A stretch of DNA of 32,000 bases from a virus. How positions within the stretch are numbered: position 1 is the stretch's first letter; each line of letters begins with the position of its first letter. A program made the translations under genes and the position numbers. The notes beneath the pieces were generated by a model that was not told the DNA's origin, ran no database searches, and saw only the letters and a program-made list of their open reading frames with translations. The stretch covers positions 15,502-47,501 of IMG/VR virus record IMGVR_UViG_3300022745_000046; one strand, written 5' to 3'. Below are positions 15,631 to 23,900 of the stretch, in pieces.

Positions 15631-17541
15631 ATGCCAAATCAAGCTTCTTACACTCCAAAAGATTTCTATATCATAAACAGCGGATCAAAGCCTTTCTCTG
15701 AGGCAGCAATTTCTGCTGTTCATGAACTTGAAAAGATTGAAGCATCTGATAAAGCTCAAGCTGTTCCCTATGTTGCAATCTGGGAAATAGACGAGATGAA
15801 TGGTCATGCGATGCATCCCATCTCTTCAAATCCGTTTGAACCACTCAAACCTCTCACGATGCAGCTCGTTGAGACACCTGACTTCGGAAGATCTCTGAGC
15901 GGAGATGAAAGATTTCTTGAAAGACCGCCTGTCTCTCTTGAGAGAATCACGATAAAGACAGAGAATCCAAGAGGGACAATTTTGTACAGGAGACTTGAAT
16001 TTGCAATGACTGTGCATCGTCCAGACGTCGTATTTGACATGCACATAGATGACAATGGAGTTCATTCAGGAGATGCAGACTCTTGGTCTTCTCTCATTAC
16101 TCCAGGTCAAGCATTTTGTATGGACTTTGGTTGGTCAGCTCCAGCTGGATTGACAAATTCAGTTTTGACAGGTGAATTCAGCCCTATCGAAAACAAAGTT
16201 GACGAATTCGGCAAGACAACTCCAGTTGTCATTCCGTCTAGACAGCAAATAAGATTCAAGGTTACAGAATACAAATTTGATATTGGTGCAGACGGTCAAA
16301 TGAAGTTTGTCATATCTGCTTTTGAAAACGGTGAAGTTGGAATGAGAAGAGCATTTCTTGTTAAGCAGAATAGGGGGGCTAACGAGATTGTCACTCCATA
16401 CGAAAATGACTCTAAACCACTTAAAGAGCTTCTGAGTTCATTCAAGAATGCAGTTAAGAATACCAATGGTGCAATTGTAAAGAACTCAAAAACAAAAACG
16501 GCGAGCATCAGATTTGGCTTCCTGTTTGATACTGTCTTTGCACCCAAAATAAAAGAAGTCTTTGGAACGACTGAATTAAAAGGCATCTTCATGGGAAGGT
16601 TCAATGCAAGAGCTGGAACTCCTGTTGACAAGTATGGCGGTGTCGACATGTCTGGACTTCCAATCAGTGACTTCATTCTTCCGCTTGATCAAATTGAGAG
16701 AGTCTTCAGAGATCTTATCTCAGCTGGAACTCAGATGACGATTTACAATTTCATCAATCCATTTCTTGACTTGATGTGCACCCAAGAAATCTGGGATCGT
16801 TCTGGTCAAAAGGGGCACGATCCGTCAGAGCAGACAATTCCGCACATTGTGATGAAGACAACAACAAACAAGAATAAAGTCGGACCAAACGAAGTAGCAG
16901 TCTATCTCTTTGATGTCAATGAAGCATTTTGCGGTTTGTCTGCAAATGATGACGAAAAAGATCTCGGCATCAACGCACCTCGCGCAACAATAAGAAAAGA
17001 AGTTGAAAAGAAAAATGTTCCTTTCATCTCTCTTGTATCTGGAAACTCTTTCATACTTGAATCATCATTCACTTCGAATCAAGATGAGAAGATGTCCGCA
17101 ATCATGATCAATAGATACTACGGAAAGAATGACACGACAAGAGAAGAGAAAACAACGAAGCCAGATGCTCAGCAGAAAGTTGATAAAGCTCCACCTCCAC
17201 AGCAGGTTTATTCTCCAACACTGACAGGTAAAATAACAATGCTCGGCAATTTTGTCTTTGACACTTTTGCTCTTGTGTGGATAGACTTCGGAGTCTTTAG
17301 ATGGGACGGTGTTTTCAACTTTCATGAAAGAGAAGATGTCATCTCTCCTGGAACTTTCACAACTTCATGGACTGCAATTTCTGCCGGAACTGACCCACTC
17401 GGAACAAAGGGAAGACCAAAGAAGCAGAAAGTTGTTAATCAGACAGTTGCCGTTCCTGTCAAGAGGAAGGGACAGGGAACTCAAGTTGAATATGTGACAA
17501 CTAAAAAGCCAATTGATGAGAGAAATTGGTGGAACAAGTGA
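15631..17541 (+). CDS. putative baseplate hub / tail-tip protein (positional call)
   Basis: 636-aa ORF starting 1 nt after the LysM gene stop. It is the last ORF of the tail module. In P2/Mu-like tails the gpD/gp27-like hub follows X. No motif recognised by eye. Confidence 0.35.
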   Translation: MPNQASYTPKDFYIINSGSKPFSEAAISAVHELEKIEASDKAQAVPYVAIWEIDEMNGHAMHPISSNPFEPLKPLTMQLVETPDFGRSLSGDERFLERPPVSLERITIKTENPRGTILYRRLEFAMTVHRPDVVFDMHIDDNGVHSGDADSWSSLITPGQAFCMDFGWSAPAGLTNSVLTGEFSPIENKVDEFGKTTPVVIPSRQQIRFKVTEYKFDIGADGQMKFVISAFENGEVGMRRAFLVKQNRGANEIVTPYENDSKPLKELLSSFKNAVKNTNGAIVKNSKTKTASIRFGFLFDTVFAPKIKEVFGTTELKGIFMGRFNARAGTPVDKYGGVDMSGLPISDFILPLDQIERVFRDLISAGTQMTIYNFINPFLDLMCTQEIWDRSGQKGHDPSEQTIPHIVMKTTTNKNKVGPNEVAVYLFDVNEAFCGLSANDDEKDLGINAPRATIRKEVEKKNVPFISLVSGNSFILESSFTSNQDEKMSAIMINRYYGKNDTTREEKTTKPDAQQKVDKAPPPQQVYSPTLTGKITMLGNFVFDTFALVWIDFGVFRWDGVFNFHEREDVISPGTFTTSWTAISAGTDPLGTKGRPKKQKVVNQTVAVPVKRKGQGTQVEYVTTKKPIDERNWWNK

Positions 17542-17550
17542 ATCAACTTG

Positions 17551-17559
17551 TGTTATAAT
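17551..17559 (+). promoter_or_regulatory. extended -10 promoter element TGTTATAAT
   Basis: TG-n-TATAAT at 17551-17559, in the 27-nt gap between the tail module and the polymerase gene. It ends 9 nt before ATG 17569, and there is no SD in between. Confidence 0.45.
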
Positions 17560-17568
17560 TGAGTCACT

Positions 17569-18918
17569 ATGACTCGTGTAAACTTTGTTGAATCTTTTTC
17601 TGACAGCAAGGGAACTTATTCAACTGCGTCACAAAATCCATTTTCTGATAATCAAGTAGTTGTTTGTTACGACATTAGAAGAAATAAGAGATTTCTGAAG
17701 AATGAAGGGTGGCTCGACAATCCGTCAACAATCTTTGATCTTAGGATTATATTCGGTGAAGAGTATGATGTCATCAAACTAGCCAAGCTGAAGAACATAG
17801 AGTCAATTCAAGATCTTGAATTTGAAGAAAAGAGATTCTCTGCAAATTTGAAAGCTCTTGAGCAGTCAAAAGTTGACATTCAAGACTTTAGCATCGAGCA
17901 AATCGTACCAGAAGAAATTCTGACAAGTTATCTGTCTGCTCGCTTTAATGCAGTGAAGCAGATCTGGAATGTTGTGACAGACGAAGATATTCTGAATTAC
18001 GAAAAGAATATCTGGCCAGTATACAAAAACATTCTAAAGATTGAAGAGTCAAAGATCTTTGTCGACAAGGAATTCATTTCAAGGTCAATCAAGAAAAATG
18101 ACATCGGAGTTCATGAGAGAAAGTTTCTTCATCACATGAATGACTTGTCAACTGACGGGTTTCTTAAAACTAGAATAAGCCCAGTCGGCTCAAAGACATG
18201 GAGACTGAGAGTAGAGAAGGGTTTCATGTGCATGTCAGTTCCACATGGAATCTGCAGAGAAGCAATTGTAAGCAGATTTGAAAATGGAAAGATTGCCTCT
18301 CTTGACTTCAATGCAATCGATTATAGATGCATCATCAAGACAGTGAATGATCCAGATTTGAATTCGTTCTATGAGAACTGTGATGATTTTCATGCTAGAA
18401 CATCTTCTCTTTTTGATAGCTCAATCGAAAATCTCAGAGACAGAACAAAGAAGATAACGTACGTTCACATCTATGGTGGATCAGTAGAAACTCTCCAGAA
18501 AAATACAATTCTGAACAGAATCAAGATCGTAGAGATGCTCTCTGTTCTAGAGAAGAAATTTACTCCGATTTCTCTTTTTAGAAGCAAGCTTTCATCAGAG
18601 TCAAGAGAGAGAGGTTTTCTGTTCACTCCGGGCGGTCACAAAGTTATTGTAGAAAAGGATGATCATGATGGTAAAGTCATTGGACTTTTTGCACAGACAT
18701 TCAGCTCATTCATTCTAAATGAGACAATCTCAGTTGCTCTAAACTTTCTTGATAATAGGAAGAGCAAACTTCTTTTCACAGTTCATGATGAGCTTATTTT
18801 TGACGTTCATCCAGACGATGAAGATGATTTTTCAAAGCTTGTTGAAGCAATTCAAGCAAAAACAGGTTTCAAGATTAAGATGAAGAAAGGTAAGAACTAT
18901 GCAGAAGCAACTAAGTGA
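17569..18918 (+). CDS. compact family A DNA polymerase (polymerase domain only, 449 aa)
   Basis: Motif A-like LDFNAIDYR (18301-18327; compare DYSQIELR). Motif B-like RDRTKKITYVHIYGGS (about 18438-18485; compare RxxAKxxNFGxxYG). Motif C TVHDELIFDV (about 18778-18807). No 3'-5' exonuclease Exo I/II/III motifs recognised in the N-terminal ~220 aa. Confidence 0.75.
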   Translation: MTRVNFVESFSDSKGTYSTASQNPFSDNQVVVCYDIRRNKRFLKNEGWLDNPSTIFDLRIIFGEEYDVIKLAKLKNIESIQDLEFEEKRFSANLKALEQSKVDIQDFSIEQIVPEEILTSYLSARFNAVKQIWNVVTDEDILNYEKNIWPVYKNILKIEESKIFVDKEFISRSIKKNDIGVHERKFLHHMNDLSTDGFLKTRISPVGSKTWRLRVEKGFMCMSVPHGICREAIVSRFENGKIASLDFNAIDYRCIIKTVNDPDLNSFYENCDDFHARTSSLFDSSIENLRDRTKKITYVHIYGGSVETLQKNTILNRIKIVEMLSVLEKKFTPISLFRSKLSSESRERGFLFTPGGHKVIVEKDDHDGKVIGLFAQTFSSFILNETISVALNFLDNRKSKLLFTVHDELIFDVHPDDEDDFSKLVEAIQAKTGFKIKMKKGKNYAEATK

Positions 18919-19498
18919 AGCAGAAATTATGAAGAATCATGACACTTTCTGGAATCTAGTGAATCAGATTCAGGGACAGAGACTGTCAAAGATCACAAAG
19001 CTTTTTGAATCGAAGTTCGGAAATAGCTACTTCATGGCTCCTGCTTCTTCAAAGACAGAATTTCATAATTGTTTTGTCGGAGGACTTCTGGCCCATTCTT
19101 TGAATGTCGTCAAGAACCTCAAGAAGCTGACAACGACAGTCGCCACAAAGAAATATCCAGATGAAAGCATCATTATTGCTGGACTCTTTCATGACCTCGG
19201 CAAAGCTGGAGACGGAGAGAATGAATATTACACTCCGAACAAGTCAGATTGGCATATCAAGAACGGTATTCTGTTCGAAATAAACAAGAATTGCCTGTAC
19301 TTGCCAACGTCTGAAAGAGGTCTTTTCGTTCTTCAAAAGAATGGAATTGAACTTTCATCAGATGAATATCTTGCAATCAGATTAAATGACGGTCAGTATG
19401 ATGAGACAAATAAGTCTTACAAGATGAAAGAGCCAGAGTTTGCTCTCCTGACTCACTGGGCAGACATGCTGAGTGTTAAGCAAGAGAAATCTCTGTAA
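18899..19498 (+). CDS. HD-domain metal-dependent phosphohydrolase, YhaM-like
   Basis: ATG with AAAGGTAAG SD, overlapping the polymerase 3' end by 20 nt. FHNCFVGGLLAHSLNV (about 19064-19111) and IIAGLFHDLGKAG (19181-19204 for GLFHDLGK) match the H...HD pattern. They also match the GGLL.H(S/T)L.V / LLHDIGK signature I recall for YhaM-type 3'-5' exonucleases. Confidence 0.7.
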   Translation: MQKQLSEAEIMKNHDTFWNLVNQIQGQRLSKITKLFESKFGNSYFMAPASSKTEFHNCFVGGLLAHSLNVVKNLKKLTTTVATKKYPDESIIIAGLFHDLGKAGDGENEYYTPNKSDWHIKNGILFEINKNCLYLPTSERGLFVLQKNGIELSSDEYLAIRLNDGQYDETNKSYKMKEPEFALLTHWADMLSVKQEKSL

Positions 19499-19554
19499 TT
19501 TGAAGCAAAAGATTCAAGACACATACTTACTTTGTAAACTCTTGGAGTCTAAAA

Positions 19555-20040
19555 ATGAAGATCAAACGATCAGTCCTTGAAAGCATCATTAAAGAAGAGC
19601 TTGCTGCTCACATCAGAAGTCTCACAGAAGCAGATGAACCTGATGTTGTTGATGCCGAAAAAGAAGACAAAAAGTCAAAAGATAAGAAGAATTCTGACAA
19701 GAATGCTGAAAAGAAGCCAGCAAAAGAGCCTGTCAAGAATCAAGCAAAAGATCTCAAGGTAGATGATGATGAAGCAGATAAGCCTCTTGAGAAAGATGTT
19801 GCTGATCCTGAAGCCGATGCAGAGTCTGAAGATGCAGAAGATGTGACTGGCGGAAAGATTGCCGATGAAATAACTGGCAAGACAATTCAGTCCGTAACGA
19901 TGGAGCCCAAGTCAAAGACTCTTCCAGGAGCAATAGAAGTCAATTTTACATTCAAAGAAATTCAAGATCCACTGAAGATTCTTGTTACGAAGTCTGGACA
20001 GGTAAAGTTTTACTTCAAGGGACTTCATAACAAGATGTAA
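19555..20040 (+). CDS. hypothetical protein with a highly charged Lys/Asp/Glu low-complexity centre
   Basis: SD GGAG. The central ~80 aa is KEDKKSKDKKNSDKNAEKKPAKEPVKNQAKDLKVDDDEADKPLEKDVADPEADAESEDAEDV. A short beta-rich C-terminal domain follows. Confidence 0.5.
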   Translation: MKIKRSVLESIIKEELAAHIRSLTEADEPDVVDAEKEDKKSKDKKNSDKNAEKKPAKEPVKNQAKDLKVDDDEADKPLEKDVADPEADAESEDAEDVTGGKIADEITGKTIQSVTMEPKSKTLPGAIEVNFTFKEIQDPLKILVTKSGQVKFYFKGLHNKM

Positions 20041-20131
20041 ACATGAAAATTGAAATAGCAAATTTAAGAAACGAATTTAAGAAAGCCCCCATTCAGATCA
20101 GGTTGGGAGAAGTTTTCAAGAGAAATCTATA

Positions 20132-20527
20132 ATGCCTTTCAAGTCAGACAAGCAGAGAAGGTGGATGTTTGCAAACGAGCCAGCAATGGCTAAACGTTGG
20201 GTAAAACACGTAAGTGAAATGCCACATCTAGAAGCTGATATTGAAATAAACGGAAAAGATGTTAAAGTTGTAGATCTGAATGTTGAGAAATATCCAGTGT
20301 CGAAAGAAGATAAGGACAGAATTTTTAGAGCCTTTTCTAAAAGCGGTGTCGTTGGCGAAGTTGGCGGAGAGTATTTTCATTTCAAGCCAGACTACACTGT
20401 AGAAGTTATTGATAAAAATGCTGCAAGTCGTCTTCTACGTCTTCCCATGGGATGGGATAGAATCATGAAGTTCGTATCAGAAAGCAAATCTATTCCTTCC
20501 TTGATGGAAGTTTTTCGTATAGGGTAA
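20132..20527 (+). CDS. hypothetical protein
   Basis: 131-aa ORF with ATG start. The N-terminal MPFKSDKQRRWMFA motif resembles a short motif common in small phage proteins of unknown function. Confidence 0.5.
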   Translation: MPFKSDKQRRWMFANEPAMAKRWVKHVSEMPHLEADIEINGKDVKVVDLNVEKYPVSKEDKDRIFRAFSKSGVVGEVGGEYFHFKPDYTVEVIDKNAASRLLRLPMGWDRIMKFVSESKSIPSLMEVFRIG

Positions 20528-20532
20528 GTAAA

Positions 20533-20901
20533 ATGGCTCCCAAGAAGAATGAGACAAGTGAGTTGCTTAATAGAGTCGAGGTGAAGCTCGATCTGTTCAA
20601 GGAACACTTTGACGGAAACATGACAGAGGTCTCAAAGAGATTCTCAGAAGTCCAGACTCAGATGAATGGCATTGATGGAATTCTTGTAAAGCAACAAGCC
20701 ATTCTTGACGAACACGTTAGAAGAACGAATCTGCTTGAAACAAAAGTAGAGAATGACAAGAGAATTCTAGAAGGAAAGATAGAACCTCTTGAGAAGCAAG
20801 CATTCACATTCAAACTTGCTTTAAAGCTTATTGCTGGTCTCGCTGCTGCAGGTGGCGGTGCTATTGGTATAAAGGAGATTGTCGCTCTACTTATTGGGTG
20901 A
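20533..20901 (+). CDS. coiled-coil protein with C-terminal hydrophobic (tail-anchor-like) segment
   Basis: SD AGGGTAAG. Heptad-like charged N-terminal ~90 aa. C-terminal LALKLIAGLAAAGGGAIGIKEIVALLIG. Its 3' end overlaps the SD/start region of the giant ORF. Confidence 0.55.
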   Translation: MAPKKNETSELLNRVEVKLDLFKEHFDGNMTEVSKRFSEVQTQMNGIDGILVKQQAILDEHVRRTNLLETKVENDKRILEGKIEPLEKQAFTFKLALKLIAGLAAAGGGAIGIKEIVALLIG

Positions 20902-20914
20902 GAGGACAATCAAA

Positions 20915-23900
20915 TTGAATCCAAAACTTAACGTAAGACAAGGTGCTGCAGGCTCTCGTGGAAATGGCGGAGGCGGCAAGCCTGGGTACCCACTCCCAGA
21001 TAATCTCAAGAACAATCTAGCTCCAGTTGAGGAAGATCTTCTTTCTCTTTCTCCTGTTGACTTTTCTGTTTCAAAGAAACAACACAATGATTCTGACTTT
21101 GTAAAGAAGTCAGATGTTTTAGACATTGTTGTCAAGAGTGTTATTTCAAAACTTCTTGGAGAAGGTGGAGCAGCTGTCAAGGGAGACAGAATAGAGAAGA
21201 AAGATATTGCTCCGACACTTGAGAAATTCTCAAAAGAAGTTCTTTCAAAACTCAAGCACAAGTGGGCAGGTCCAATTGGATCTACTGGAAAGAAGTCAAC
21301 AAGCGGTGATATAGACATTGGCTTCGATTCAGATCTTTCAATTGGTGATGTCGAGAAGATTGTAGATGATCTTGGACTTGAAAACAAAGCAATGAAGGGA
21401 CTTGGGGTTATCAGCATAAAGTTCCCTCAAGTTGATAGTGAGCAACAGGAAAATGGCAAGCACGTTCAAATAGACCTCATGTTCGGTCCAAGAGAGTGGA
21501 TCGAATTTGCATTTTATTCTCCAAGTGAAGGTGAGTCACAGTATTCTGGTGTTCAAGCAAGAGCTCTCTTCATCGCAATGATGAAGGCAGTCACGGGTCA
21601 TTCAGTTTCTCCAGCAAGGGGATTCTTCACGAGCGGAGATAAGAGCAAGGATAAGAAGTACATGAATGATCCAAAGCAAGCTGCTGCTCTCTTGAGTGCA
21701 AAAAGCTCAGAGCAGTGGTCTGTCGACGATCTAAATCAACCATTTGAAAAGATCTGGCTAAAGGCAAAGAAGAGCTTCACTCCTGAGCAAATAGAACAAG
21801 TCAAGAATACAATGAAGGAATTCATGGGAAGCATAAAGAAGCCCGTTCCTAAGGAGCTTGATGAAGCTTCAAGGAAGGGAATGCCAACTGGAATTCAGCA
21901 TCTTGAAGACTTGAATTATGAAGACTTCGTAACATTCCTTGAGAAATATCAGAGTCTTGAGTTAGATGGTGGTCTTGAAGTTTCTGAGAAAGTAGACGGT
22001 TCAGCTGCTCTCGTATTCGGTGTCGAGAATGGAAAACTCTGGACTCAGTCAAAGAAGGGCATGAAGTTCTTCTCATCATCACAGTATGGTGACAAGCCTA
22101 TGTTCAAGCCACTCAGAATGGCCCACGAAGCACTCCAATCAAAGAGTAAGGAGATTATAGGTGCCTGGCCAAAAGACATAGAATTCATGACTGGAGAGAT
22201 CCTATACACAAAGATCCCTAACACAATTGAGTATGGTCCAAATGTGATCATGATTCACGGTGTTCAGAAAAAAGACGGATCTGTTATAAGCGACGAAGAG
22301 TCTAGAAAGCTTGCAACTGCAGTGACAACTGCAGCTCATGGAAAGCTAAATGACGGTCAAGAAGAGTGGAAGTTTGAGTACAAGAGAATTATTCCAAACA
22401 AAGACGTCATGCTTGATGTCAAGAATGAGTATGATTCTCTTGGAGATGTTCTCAAGAGACTCAGAGAACTTGAACCAAACAAGTTAAAGAAAGACGGTAA
22501 GGGACCTTACAAGGCTGCTCTTGAAAGCTTCAAAGCAATTCAGCTTGCAGTCAAGAAGAAGCTTCTCACTCAGCTTAGAAAGCAGAAATCTGTTTACGGA
22601 CCCGAAGGCGGAGCAATAGAGGGAATTGTCTTCAGAGATCTTGACTCTGGTGGGATGGTCAAGCTTGTTGACAAGGATCTTTTCTCAAAGCTCAATCAGT
22701 TTCTTTGGAGTTTCAGAAATGATCTCGACAGAGGAAATAAAGTCGGTGACAAGATGGAGCTCGGAGTATTCCAGAAGTTCCTACAGAATGTTGGCAAAAA
22801 CGTAATCGGTTCAGAAGACATAAGACTCACAACATTTGTCTCGAGACTCAAGAAAATTCAGGATGAGATCCAATTCCCAGAAAATGTAGATACTGCTGAA
22901 AAGAAAGCCGACTATACTCTCGCTTACTACATCAAGAAGAATAATTTGATGTCTGGAGATTACATTCTTCAGTTTGAGAAAGCAGTAGCTGATGCGAAGA
23001 AGAATTATGATGAAGTCAAAGCATCTTGGGATAAGAGAAAGCAAGATGACATCAACTATGAAATAAAAGACGACGAGGGGAATGTCGTAAAGACTGTCAA
23101 GATGGACAAGCTCATCAAGGACAGAACTGATACTTCGTATGAAGAGATGGGAAAGCTTATTGACTCGATGAAGTCAACTGCTGAAGTCATCAAAGGAATG
23201 TCAAATGACGACACAAAGAAGACTGCTCTTCTCAAACTTGTCATGGGGCAGAATAGATTCAACAAGCTTGTTGGAAATGCCGATGATGAAGAACAGGCGA
23301 ATGAGTCAATAGCAATCCTTGAAAAGGATGATGTTTCTGACAAGAAGTTTGATCATGAGAGACAAGTTCTCAATTCATTTAAGGAAAAGCTGGCAAGCAA
23401 AGGAATGAATGCTGACAGCATGAAGGAACTTGGCTCTGGTAATAATGGCTCGGTCTTTGAATTGTCAGACGGAAGAGTTCTCAAGATAACAAAAGATGAT
23501 TCTGAAGCAAGAACTGCAAATCATCTTAAAGGAAAGAAACTTAAGCACGTCATCTTTATTCACGATGTTTTTGCTTTCCCAATCAGGAGGGGAGTAAAGT
23601 GGTACGGTATTGTCGAAGATAAAGCAGAACCGCTTCAAGACGAGGAAAGATTTGACAGTGCAACAAAAGACGTTATAAGAAGTGTAACTGCTGACGGTGA
23701 AGTTCATCATAATCCTTGGACAATGTCGTGGGGTCTCATAAAGAAGAAAGCTCTTCACAATGCATGGGATGAAGAAGTCACTCAAGAAAATCTCGACTAT
23801 CTAGAAGAACTCAGGTTCCCAGATCTTATGAAGGAACTTGAGAAGAATAGAGTCAATTATTCAGATGTTCACGGCGGAAACTTCATGATGAAGAATGGAG

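Noticed and set aside
20533-20901. Holin or spanin call for the coiled-coil protein with a hydrophobic C-terminus.
   Set aside because: It has a single C-terminal hydrophobic segment. There is no adjacent endolysin, no dual-start motif and no lipobox. Its context is the replication/auxiliary module rather than a lysis cassette.
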